From NCBI GenBank assembly GCA_051362555.1, contig CM120646.1, positions 15,252,001 to 15,316,000 of the forward strand: DNA of 64,000 bases, read 5' to 3'. A program made the position numbers and the translations under genes. The DNA comes from Lingula anatina (taxonomy: Eukaryota > Animalia > Brachiopoda). Below, piece after piece: positions 27,778 to 41,400 of the stretch. Under the pieces are notes generated by a model. The model had not been told where the DNA came from. It searched no databases and was given only the letters and a program-made list of their open reading frames with translations. Position 1 is the stretch's first letter; each line of letters starts with the position of its first letter.

Positions 27778-29206
27778 CTACTTACAAAAATATTCATCTG
27801 AATAATCTCCACAATCATTAATGCCATCACATCGCTGTCCCACATATATGCAGAGACCATTGTTGCAGCGAAACTGATAGTGTTGACATTGTCCACTGGT
27901 TGTTGGAGGTGAAGAGACAGTTGTAAGGGCAGGAGTGGTGGTATCTGGGAGAGAAAATAACATGAAATAAAATGTTTTTACTCTCTACGTGATAGTGGAG
28001 TGGAAATTGCCTACTTACCTGTGGAAAATAACACTAAACTATATAAAGGCTTCTGGTCCAAATTCTATCAGATCCAGTGCAGCTTTATATGACTCAGGTG
28101 ATAGATTTTTTAGACCTACAAACCTGCTTGGCTGCGGCACAGATAATGTAAGTGTCTCTGCTATAGCAATTTGTTATATGAACATTTACAGAGCTCTGTA
28201 CATTTTTCAAGAGCCAAGTACAAATATTCAACTGAAAGCACCTATATCAACTGATTTCTTTATCACAACATGTAGTTTCACAAAAATTGTAAATTTACTT
28301 GAGATGTGTATATAATCTCAACTGCTATTCTACACATTTCTTCAATTGTGTTAGCTGAGACAGGAAAAACAATACTTACTACAATGCTGTTCATCAGACA
28401 TGTCACCGCAGTCGTTGTCACCGTCACATAACCAAGTCCTGTAGACACAGCGGCTGCTGTTATGACACTTGAACTGATACGACGGACATGTTTTGTCCTC
28501 ACAACCCACCTCGTCCGAGCCGTCTGTACAATCACGGTCTCCGTCGCACTTCCAGCTAGAGCTGATACAAGGAACAAGGCCGCTTCGACAGGCAAACTGT
28601 GATGCTGAGCAAGTGCCAGGAGCAGCTGAGAACAGGAGATTGAAATGAAATTAGTCCTGAACAGGGACACATAACAACCAAAACAGGTGTGATTTTTCAA
28701 GAACAAGACTAGTGTTATACAATGAGGTTAAGTAACAGCACAACTAGCGGTGTCATGAAATGAAAATTACACAAATAGGGGAAAAAACACCAGTTTTATG
28801 TAAAAGGTACATCTTCATTTTCTCAAACATTACATAAGGGTATAATTAAGTACATAATATTTAAATAACTACCCATTAGCCTTAATTTAATCTATTAATT
28901 AATTAAATATGGTTTTGTATCAGATACACTTACCAGTAGTTGTGGCATTACAGTGTCTCTCATCACTTCCATCCCTGCAGTCATTATCTCCGTCACATAC
29001 CCAGCGAACAGAAACACAACGTCTGTTATCACATTGGAACTGATTAGAAGCACAGGTGCCATATACTGAAAACATTGATACATATATATTACACAGGTGC
29101 TATGTACTGAAAACAATGAAAACATATATTATACAGGTGCCATATTCTAAAAACATTGGTGTATATAATATACAGCAGTCTTACACTGAAAACACAGTAC
29201 ACACAT

Positions 29207-29259
<53 letters not shown>

Positions 29260-30265
29260 AAGGATATCAAATAATAAAGATTTAAGTATATTATGTTATG
29301 AAAGGGGTGACAAAATGCTGATTCATCATTTTTCAGCCTCCCAACCCATCTATAATGTTTGAAGTATAAGAAATATGATGTATAGAACTCAAATATTACT
29401 TTTCTTTTTTTAAGTTATTGAGATACACTATCAAATAAGTGTGAAGATGACTTCAGCTATTTCTATCAAATCATATGTGACAAGAACATTGTTTTCTCTG
29501 AGACTTAAGAATCAGCAGAACATACCACAGCCTTCTTCATCGCTATTGTCACCACAGTCATTGTCATGATCACAGCGCCATCTGCTGGGGATACATCTGG
29601 AGGAATTGCGGCAAGAAAACTGGTAACTGTTGCACGTTACATACGCTGAAATATACATATATTTTCTTAAATGAAGAAAGCTATTATGCTTATATATGCT
29701 GCAAGATGTTGAACATAACAGCTTTGATGAAACATTTGAATTTTTTAAAGATCATCAACTCTTTGGTAACCTTGTGTCAGTTTTTGTAAATTAATTTTTC
29801 TTCTTATTGCCTTTTTTCTGTTCCTATTCTAGTGCATAAGTGGGTTAGGTGTGCTAGTGTGTAAATTGTTTAATATAGAACAACGATGTTGGTGAAACTA
29901 TGTTAGGTGTGCCAGTGTAGACTGTTTAGATGAAAAGTGACCTCAATGAAAATGTGTTTTGTATGTCAATGTATAAATTCTTTTAGAAGAACTGTAACAT
30001 AATGAAATGTATGCAAGGTGCAGCAGTGTGACAAAGACAACAGAATGTTCAATGTAGCACCAAGGAAGACATAATAGTGGTTTTACTTACGGCAGTTGCG
30101 TTCATCGCTGAAATCCCCACAGTCATTGTCGTGGTCACACTTCCAGTTGATAGGAACACAGTGTTGGTTTGCACAGGTGAAATCTACTGGGCCACAGGAT
30201 GCTAAAAGGTCAAAAAGATATCCCTTTGATCAACTATCACCCTGCACCTAAAAAAGTGACTTTCA

Positions 30266-30302
<37 letters not shown>

Positions 30303-33204
30303 GAGAGAGAGAATCAACGACACTTACTTGTTCCATTCCCCTCACGACAATAACCATCAGGCCCCTCATACTGGGTCCCATTACAGCCACACTGCTCGTT
30401 TCCATCAGGATTCAGCACAATCACTTTATCTCCACCACACTTGCAGCTTTTCACAGTAGGATGAGACTTCCCAGGAACTGGCATACACAGGTTGCTGCAG
30501 TGGGTATCATTTGTGCAAGGGCTTATGGCTGAAAGACAGGGAAAAAATATTGATACCAGTGTACAAGGGCTTATGGCTGAAAGACAGGGAAAAAATATTG
30601 ATACCAGTGTACAAGGGCTTATGGCTGAAAGACAGGGAAAAAATATTGATACCAGTGTACAAGGGCTTATGGCTGAAAGACAGGAAAGAAACATTGATAC
30701 CAGTGTACAAGGGCTTATGGCTGAAAGACAGGGAAAAAATATTGATACCAGTGTACAAGGGCTTATGGCTGAAAGACAGGGAAAAAATATTGATACCAGT
30801 GTACAAGGGCTTATGGCTGAAAGACAGGAAAGAAATATTGATACCAGTGTACAAGGGCTTATGGCTGAAAGACAGGGAAAAAATATTGATACCAGTGTAC
30901 AAGGGCTTATGGCTGAAAGACAGGAAAGAAACATTGATACCAGTGTACAAGGGCTTATGGCTGAAAGACAGGGAAAAAATATTGATACCAGTGTACAAGG
31001 GCTTATGGCTGAAAGACAGGAAAGAAACATTGATACCAGTGTACAAGGGCTTATGGCTGAAAGACAGGGAAAAAATATTGATACCAGTGTACAAGGGCTT
31101 ATGGCTGAAAGACAGGGAAAAAATATTGATACCAGTGTACAAGGGCTTATGGCTGAAAGACAGGAAAGAAATATTGATACCAGTGTACAAGGGCTTATGG
31201 CTGAAAGACAGGGAAAAAATATTGATACCAGTGTACAAGGGCTTATGGCTGAAAGACAGGAAAGAAACATTGATACCAGTGTACAAGGGCTTATGGCTGA
31301 AAGACAGGGAAAAAATATTGATACCAGTGTACAAGGGCTTATGGCTGAAAGACAGGAAAGAAACATTGATACCAGTGTACAAGGGCTTATGGCTGAAAGA
31401 CAGGGAAAAAATATTGATACCAGTGTACAAGGGCTTATGGCTGAAAGACAGGAAAGAAACATTGATACCAGTGTACAAGGGCTTATGGCTGAAAGACAAT
31501 AAACAAATATTGATATCTGTGCACAATGAGGGACAGAAACTGAACAATAAATGTTCACCATTTGCTGGAGTTAGGACTGTAAGTGAACTTTGATAATCAA
31601 AATACGCAATATCAAAAATGACTAAGTTCAGTCAGTGAACCACAAGAATAACATTATCACACATCACGGATGTTTTGTTTTCATACGCATCACCAATTTA
31701 TAGTCCACACAAATCAAATGATTCAAGCAACTTGGTGCTTGCATTTTCTGATTTTTTTCTTGATTTTCATCAACAACTCACTATAAATGACCTGAAGGAA
31801 ACCAGCCATTCACAGATTACAAATAGGAGTATAAGGTAATAAAATGTCTTCTTCAAAACATGAGAAGAGCAAGTCCTGATTAACATCACCCAAAAATTTA
31901 CCATCGAGATACCTAAATAAATGTAGAGTATTAAGTAATAAAAAAAACTTTTAAACTTCCTTCCAATAAATCTCCAACCCCTTATTATTAACCAATAGAA
32001 CAGAAGATGACTTACTGGCCTGGGAAGACTTTGAGAAGATCTTGAGGTCCATGATCCTTGGCAGGTCAGACTTGATGTACCGCAGTCCCGCCCCAGTGGT
32101 CTTGTCAGCTGCCAGGATGCCTTGTAACATCCAGTCTGTCCAGTAGATGTCATTCTGAAGAGTGACCAGTATTGTCATTATTGCTACTATTAGTACTTCT
32201 AATACTACTACTACTACTACTACTACTGGGCAATCAACCCACTGGACAATCCCTGGACAATCCACCCCACCCCACCCTGACAATACCCCCTGGACAATAC
32301 CCCCCGCCCCCCCCTCAAAGGAAGATTCTGCCTCCCAAACAATATATATGAATATGTTTTTAGTGTTTCCCATATGATCCCAGGACAGGTGCTACTCACT
32401 TACCTTATACACAGCTATTGAGTAAGGATGAGGGGCATATCTACGCCCACTGACCACTGTGTGGACATTCCGGCCATCCAGGTCCGAGTACTGTATGTGG
32501 TCAAGGTAGGCGTCTGCCCAGTATAGCTTGCTAGCTTGGGCATCGATGGTCAGTCCATTGGGCCATTTCACATATAGTGTACTGTACACAATACGCTATG
32601 GAAAAGGAAATATGAATCAAATGAATTATGAAACAAAAGTTCAACCATCAAGCCATTTTTCTAGACTGTACCTAAATGTGCTAGGTTAAATGCTAAGCTG
32701 ATATACTAAAATTGTGATATGTAACTCAAATATGCTAAGTGAAGGTTTAAACTGAAAACTCTTCATGATGTAAGAAAAAGAAAGTATGACGGGACAGATT
32801 CATTAACCATTGGTAGGTATTGAACATTGTCGCCTACCTCAGGAAAATCCGTTTAAGACACTTTTCATGCCAAAATGAGTTGTCATCCCTTTATCATATA
32901 TTTATCCATAGTTTGTTACTTCACAGACTCTTTGAACAATTTAAAGCAACTAGTTAAGACCTCAGTGAAAACACAAGATACCTGAATGGACTCTGGGTCT
33001 CCATTCATCCAGGCTCTGACAATCTGCGGGTGCTCTGTTGACCAGTCCGTCCAGTAGATAGAGCTGAAACAGCACAAGAACTACCTTAAAACACCTTTTA
33101 TTTTTACTTTCACTCTTTAAGTACAATATTTGAGTTCTTTTTTCTAGCAAACTCACTGAAGAGCTCTTAAACAAGATTCTTTCCAACTACAGTTTTATTT
33201 ATTT

Positions 33205-33238
<34 letters not shown>

Positions 33239-36200
33239 GGAAAATTTGATTTGGTTTATCCCTGGTGGAACCTTCTAAGTGGCTGTTTGATGTTATTCTA
33301 ACATGTAACTTATCAAATCAATTTTATCACTTGATAACTAAATTTTGAACTAGTAATTATCTAGGGCATACAGTGAATAATCAGAGAGCAGGATAGTTGA
33401 AGGTACCACTTGATATCATGAGTTAACTCACCCATGGGCTGGGTCTGCCACAATGGCCCTGGGTTTGTCCAGAACTTTAATGTTCGTGTGTGGTATGGTT
33501 TGATTGTGGGAGCCATCGATGAGAACTCTACGGAATCTGCCATCAGTTTTCATCACCTCAATCACACGACGGCCTGCATCCACAAAGTAGAGGTTCTCCG
33601 AGGTCCAATCCAAGGCAAGGCCTTCAACGGACTCCAGTCGTCCCTCCGCCAGAACCTCTGCCGTGTCGGTGCCATTGAGGCACATTCTCTGCAAGGGAAA
33701 TAATAGTTATTACAGTGCCCTGAGAGCACTTCTTTAAAGTTTTAGAAAGATTTTTATTTAAACCATATCTTCACTTACTATATAATTTGCTATATTTGTT
33801 TATGCACTAGCTATTTGACTGCATTTATCTTTAATTTACCTTCTATTTCAAGTTTAGTTCATCTTTTTTTATCAGTTTACTTTAATTTTGTGAGCTCTGA
33901 AGCAAATGTGTACAGCACTTTTATGCAATTAAGGCCACTGACTGTATATCATCCCCCTTCCTTATCATACCCCTACCTTAATATAATCCTCACTGATATC
34001 TGCCCAGAAGATACAGTTTCCTTTATAATCATACTCCAAAGCGATGGTGTTGTAGAGATGGGGCAGAGCTATGGTCTCTGTAGTATTGTCCCCCAGTATA
34101 TAGCGCTGGACCACAGTACGTCTGGTGTACAGGAGAAACTCTGGCTTTACTGGAGGAGAAGATCTTGAAAATTAGCATTTGGCTACAAGATTTGGCTAAA
34201 CAGCATTTTATAATGAAAATAAAGATTTTGAAAAAGAAAATAAGAAAATAAGATTTTGTGATTATTGTAAGCTTAGTAAGGCTATCATGATCAGGTTAAA
34301 GACAGAAGAAAAGTATGGGTCAAACGTTTATTTATTTATTTTTTTTTTTACTTCTTATCGCAAAATGGCACATAAAACATACAGATATCATAAGGTTTAT
34401 ATTCATCTCCAAGTAAATAAATTAATCTCAAACTAATCCATGGACAGGCTATATATTCACCTGTGCAACCATTTACATGACAATTCACACATATGCATTC
34501 TCACTGATGAAAATAATGAAAGGAAAAACACGCATGTGCATGCATGCACACATCACATTTACTTACCTCCAACAGGGCAGAACAGTCTATCTGGACCATA
34601 CCTCGCCTCATCCCCTCCTTGACAAGTATCTCCAGGTACTTTACGATATCTGGAAATATTATTCATGGAATCAAATGAGTTTTCCATACTGCCTCCTATT
34701 ACTTTCAAGAATCATTATACACATAAGAATCATTATATGAGGCTGCCATTTAGTGGAAAAGTTGGAAAATATGGAGTGGAGTCCAGGGGACTGCCTAGAC
34801 CAATGGTATTTTTGGCTCCCAAAAAAGGTACCCTTTGCTATCAGATCATCACAACTGTTAATCTTTTAGATAACTGTAACATTCTGATGTCAACCTGATA
34901 ACTTATTCAGACTGCACTGACATCAATAGGTGTCATTCATGTCCAAATGATCAAAAATCATTGTTACTAGTGCAGACTGAAGAAAATGTCAACTGTTATC
35001 AGAACATGTGTACCTCAAAAAATTACTTCTTCTGTGACAAATGTTTGATATCTTATTTATTTGATTTCACTAACAAACTAATGACAACAAAAAAAAGTAC
35101 CCTTTTGTTCTAAAGTAGGTCCCTCCCTCGGGGCAGATTGTGGGCACTCTGTGGACGTCAACGCCAGATGTTGCGTCATACAGACAGTTGGAGGACCGCG
35201 GTGCCCAGCCATACTGCAGTCTGAAGCCAAAGTCACTGAAACAAAGAGATATCATGATGGGTATTTATAATCTGAGCTGTATTTTCTAATAATTTATTAA
35301 GTAAAATTTTTATTAGAAAGTGTTGTAAAATTTTTATAAGTAGGTTGAGTATAGAATATAAAATTTGAATGATTGACTTGAAGATGACCAAGCTAAAACT
35401 TGCAGTCTTTCAAGAACTAGTTCATGAGGCTCAAAAGAAATGTGGGTAGATGCATCAAGACAGACTGCTAAAGATACCTGCTGAGATAAATATAAATATA
35501 TACATATATATCCAGTGTAGGCAAGAGAGTACACAATAAATTCAGCCTGTATTTTCAACTGATACATTTAACAATCATTCAATCTATGCCCTCTCCCTAC
35601 CATTCAAAGTCGGCCCTCAAGCAAAGACAGTTTTCTTGTCTGATTGGACGATCAAAGTCATTGCCATTCAAGCATTTGGCATGAGCTCTTCTGCGATTGT
35701 AGACCACCTTGCGCCCCAAAAGGCATCCCCTACCATGTCCTTCTGTGGGGTCAGAGGGGGTCCACTCCTTGTAGTCATCTCCCCTGCAGGCTATGTTATC
35801 TAATGGCAAAGAGTTAGAATAAAGTTGTTACTATAATCCCTCATATATAATACCAGCGAAGAAAAGACCAAATGCATCATCAAAACTTGATCCATTTACC
35901 AATGCAATTTATTAACAGTATTATAGATAGACTTTCTGACAAGAAGCCTAGACTTACTTTTCAATACTTTTGAATCAACATTCCTAAATATAACAGACTA
36001 CATTTGTAAACATTTTTTTTTGGGGGGGGGGGGGAATTGTTAAGTGGTGCTGTTCGAAATTATTGAATAATTACTGTACTTACTGAACACAAAGGTCAGA
36101 TTGACCTTGATGATGAGCCAACTGTGGATCGGACTCCTGGAGCCAAACACAGAGAAGATGGTGGTGTGTTCCCCTGGCTCCGTCAGCACGCCATATACCC

Positions 36201-38402
36201 TTATCTTCTCAGGACCAAAGATCAAAACTTCCCAGCTTTCTCCTTCATTCCATGAGTATCTGTTTTTTAGTAATAAATTTCAAATTTATTATGAAATATA
36301 ATCCAGCGGATTATTTCTTCTACTGTGATATGGACTCGAAGTTACAGTTCTTGTGACAGATTCTTCAAACAATGGCTCGAACAAGAAACTTGGGCTCCCA
36401 AGAAGTCAGAAAACTGCCAATACTCAGAAAAATCTCATTATTGTTTTTAGCAGCCCACAATGACCAAAAAGTCAGAAATCTATAACACACGCCAATTATC
36501 CAGGCATCATGGGGAAAACAACTACTTACAAAATCTCATTGGTCATTTCATACTGTCGGACGGCCACTATTAACCCGCCGTGGTCACCAAAGTTGTAGAA
36601 ATGCTGGCCTTTCAGTACCTGCAGAGTATACAGTTAATTTGTGAGAATATTTTCTTTTAGTTCTATGTTAACCTCCAATACCCCAGTAATCATTTCCTCC
36701 TCCAGAGGCAGTCAGACAGAAAACCTGACAACAGTAGCAAAAGAGAGAAAAAATGAAATTCAATATAGTTGTTAAAGAATTTTAATATTAAAGTTGTTAT
36801 ATGTGGTACACACATTTTTTTTCAATTCATCTTATTCACACAAATTATATTCTTAATTGCTTATAAACTAAGAGTATTATTTTTCACTTATTCTTCTACA
36901 TGTAATTTTTTTTTCTTATCATTCATTTATATATATCTATCCATCTCTTTTTTTTTAATTCAAGGACCACACCTCCAACATAAGTTAACAAGATGAACAA
37001 ATGGTGCTGCCATAACTGCAATACCCACACCCCACTCACCTCTTTCCAGTTGGCCCCAGCATCTGTCGTGAGATATATATTGGGTAAGTGATCTCGCAGT
37101 GATGATGTCACATTGGTGACCCCAGTAGCCATAATGAGGCCTGGTGCTGACGCCTTGCTCAAGATCTCAGCTGTGCGGGACCGTGGGTACAACTGCTGAA
37201 GTCGCTGGGTGAGGTGGAGAGAGCAGTCCATGAACTGAAATGACAGGCAGCCATTAAAACTAATACACACCAATATATAAAAGATGACTGTTTGATCTGA
37301 TCCTCTACTAAAATTACATACTATCAACAGCATATTATATCAAACAGTCATATTTCTTTCCTAAATAATAACAATAAACGAACTATTTTAATTTTAACAT
37401 TTTTTAAATAAATAATAAATATATATGAAAATATATAATACACATAATACTCTGAACTGAATGGGATGTTACAAAATTTGAAAAAAAAAAAAGCATACAC
37501 ACTGAGCCACAGATGTATGAACTGTAACATCCACATAATAGAGTACATACCCTATAACAATGAGTGTGGTTTCCTTCACTGTCCTGATACGGAGCATTTA
37601 TCCTCTCCCACATACCTCCCTGACGAGAAATATGGTTTAGAAATTAGTTTAAAGAAATAGCATTGATTATAGCTATAATTATAGGTCAATTTATCTGTTT
37701 ATTATAGATGTACATTTTCTGGCATCTGTCTGATAAGTTTCACTTCAGCCAAACTCCAGAACAATTCAACTGAATTCAAAATGTTGAACCAGAACAAGGA
37801 TAAATTTGGAGAAACATCATAATATTTTTACATACAGCATTAAGTCACAATGGATCAAGCTTGGCATTTTGGATAAATTATACATGATTCTGAAGTGAAA
37901 CAAGCTTCTGTCTTTTTAATGTAAGAAAGAATTGTTTACAAGTACCTATATAATATATAAAAAAAATCTGCCATAGTTACCTTGTCATAAGTGATCAGGG
38001 TAACCTGTCTGTCAGGATCCAGGGTGCCATTGGCCAGCTGAGAGGCGATGTATATCCCACGCAGCCCGTCAACACGGTGAATGTCAGCAAAGGATTCGTC
38101 AGCAAAATACCTGTTCATAAATGGAGAGAAAATGCATATGCATATGAGCAATTCACAGTGTGAATGCGCGTGATTGCGTATGAGTGCATGTGTGCAGGTG
38201 CGCACGTCTTCATGTATTTTAACTAAATCCCCAAAAAATGTGTCTTGAAACATTTCACAATTTCTTGCCAAATTAGAATGTTCCGCCATATGATAAAATT
38301 CATTATATGTCCAAACTGTGTAGTTTAGTGTTTAAAAATATACACAACTTCTTCCACCAATAATAATAATAAAGATTATTCAGCCACTGTGTGTGTGTGT
38401 GT

Positions 38403-38484
<82 letters not shown>

Positions 38485-41400
38485 TATTAAATATACTTTC
38501 TCTGGTTAAAGAAAAATCAAATTGGTAAAAAAAAAATGCGATCCCTCTTGCTCTGCCCTACCTTAACCAGGTGTCCTTCAGAGCTCCCTTGGGGTTGAAG
38601 TAGACCACCCTCTCCAGGGACAGGGAGAAGTTGGTGCCACTAGCATCTGAGATGTACAGGTGAGTGAGGGTGGCGTTGTGGTTCACACAGGCAAACACCT
38701 GGTCTTCTGAGGCATCAGCTATGTAGTAGTCCTGTATAAGATAACATTGGGTACATGTGGATTAGGGTCAGGAAAATAAGACCAGTAGAAATGGGTATGG
38801 GGAAGTTTTTGATTTACACATTGTGTACTCTATAATTATTATTCTTATTAATATTATTATTATTATTGCTATGAATCTTGAAAATATTGTTCTAATTTAA
38901 ATTATTTGATAACTTTACACTGGAGAGATACTTCAGAAAATATTAATATCTAAAGAAAATTAAAGACCATATTGTAATAAATTCAACTGTAAATTATAAT
39001 AAGACTTGTTTTTAAGAAGTCTTCCAAATATATGCACCTTATCAAATTTTTCACAAAAGCATAGACATCACAAATATATCAAAGTTACATGTGATTGTTT
39101 ATGGCTAAAGTATGAAAATATATTTCTTGTGAATAAATGAGATGTTAAACATACACAAAAATGTTCACACTAATTACTATGTAAATAAACTAAAACAGCA
39201 AATCTCAACACATTTCTTAGCTTCAGTAACAAAAAAGATGGCTCAAGTTCCTTTATCGTATTCCTCCACATTTTTTCCTTAATTCAGTTAAATTGGAGAA
39301 TGTTCAACCACCAAATGCAGTGTTTCAAATCATTTGTACCCAGCAAATTTAAGCTTGGGAAGGGTATTGTTTCAGCATGAGGAATCGTTAGGAATGTCTA
39401 CCACCGATTCTTAGACCCCGTTCCCATACCTAGATGGATTTAGCAGGATCAACCCATCTCCGAGGGGTTTCTCACTTATCTGCATTCAAATCAAATGACT
39501 TAGATGTCTGACATGCCTAATGAAGCTGCTCAACGATAATTAATTACCCCCTGACAGCTTCAGTAAGCATGCCAGACATAAGATCCGCTTAAGCTGAATG
39601 CAATTTAGAAAGAAACCCCTGTGCCAATCCTAATTGATCGATCTAGGTATGGGAACAGGGTTTTATTCACAGAAACCTCCTTTCTCTTGGATGTGTAGGC
39701 TATATTTTATTCTTACCAATCCATGTAAGCTGGTTGGAAACCGTGCACGGGAGAAAGAGCCTCCATTGTGGGAAACCCAGAGTATCTGGGATTGGTTATG
39801 ATGGGAGTCTGCTGTGAGGGACTATAATGTAATAATATAATACCACATTCACAAGCCTATATCCTATATAGTCAACACAAACAATGACACAAATCAGAAG
39901 TACACGTGTGAGTGCTATCCTATCTGGTGCTTTCATACGGTGGCTTCTGCATATTCCTACTGTAACACTGAAATGTGAAGAATGTTAACAAAAGAAAGCA
40001 TGCTGTCTTTAGTTGAAAGAAGGGTTTTGTTATCTCACATACTGAACTGAAGATCAACTTTTCTTTTCGAAACGGCTGTATTTACTCTGTGGGTAGACAA
40101 AATTTACCAGTGTTGTGATATCATGGAATCATTTTAAATGGTCGTGAAATGTTTGAATTTTAACTCCATATTAAAACATGGAGTATGGATCTGCATGATA
40201 CAAACACCCTTCAGTCATTAAGACACAGGACTGTAAGTCTAAGAGAGAACAAAATACACGTTTTCTCTGGGACACACAGCTCTCAGTAGGAATTTCAGTA
40301 AAATGCAAAGGTTGGAAAAATGGGATGGAATGCTGATTTGTTTATCTTTTTCCTAAATCTGATTTTAATCTGTTTATTATTTTTTCTTTTTTTATTCATC
40401 TTATTTATCTTAATTTTTCATTTACATTTACTGAAATCCCTCATTACTATTCAAACATCAAAACTTGAAAAAAAAAAAGGCAGAAAGCAGGAATAATAGA
40501 TGGCACTGCAGGCGGCATTAAAAAAGCCAACAGATGGAGCTGCTGTCTGCTGCAGTGGCCACTGGGGCATTCTTACCCTCTCAAATAATTGTGATGGAAA
40601 ACGAGCTCTCTGGAATAGCCCGTCCCTTCCCGAGACCCAAAGTTGCAGAGTTAAATTCTGCTTTTGACTGCCTGTAACTCTCTAATTAAAAATCAATAAC
40701 AGAGCGAGGTTTAACTCCAAATTACACATTTAATACCTTTCTCTAATGCAAATGTACTTATTACAAATTATATACAAAACAGTTAAATGGCATAAAACAG
40801 AAATGGATAGCTAGGAAATATACTTAATATGTAATAATTCATGAGAGAGAGAAAGAGAGAGAGAGAGATCATTCAGTGTTGTTCCAGCTTACCATACGCC
40901 TGGTGGCAAACATATAATCATTCTTGATTTCAAAATCCACCACATCAGCAAACACCGTCCTGATGTTCAGTGGGTCATAGTTGTGCATCTTTATCACAGT
41001 GGATAGCCCTGTGGGTTCCAGGCGCTCCAAGTACAATGAGGCATTATTTATACCAGTGCCCCTGAAAATAAAAACAGTGACCTTCAGGGTGCATGTGCTG
41101 TATATTTATACATATGAGTGTGTTGAACTTGTTAAAGCCAGTTTTTTTTTTTTTTTTTTTTTTTGAGAGATAATGCGAACTTATGTGGTCCAAATGGTTT
41201 TAGGCCTGCTTACACTACAATTAACTTTCAGGTGGATGCAGGCCAGTTTTTTTTTTTTTTTTTACAATCCATAAGTGCATGCTTATCAGCTCTGATATTT
41301 GGCAACAATTTCAGTCTACCACATCTCTCAAAAGAGCATTCAGCTGCCTGGATTTTGAGGTTCCAATAAGCACTGCTTAAATTCATGCCCATCTTGTATG

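Noticed and set aside
30512-31498. CRISPR-like array
   Set aside because: Head-to-tail repeats with no unique spacers, no cas genes, and a eukaryotic intron context.
30492-31593. Long plus-strand ORFs (336 and 360 aa) and the 346-aa minus ORF as independent genes
   Set aside because: By-products of a 48-bp repeat that is stop-free in those frames; no independent gene signals.
32228-32320. Short ggacaat-ccc repeats and the 140-aa ORF over them
   Set aside because: Intronic low-complexity or repeat fragment; the ORF is only read-through into the real YWTD exon.
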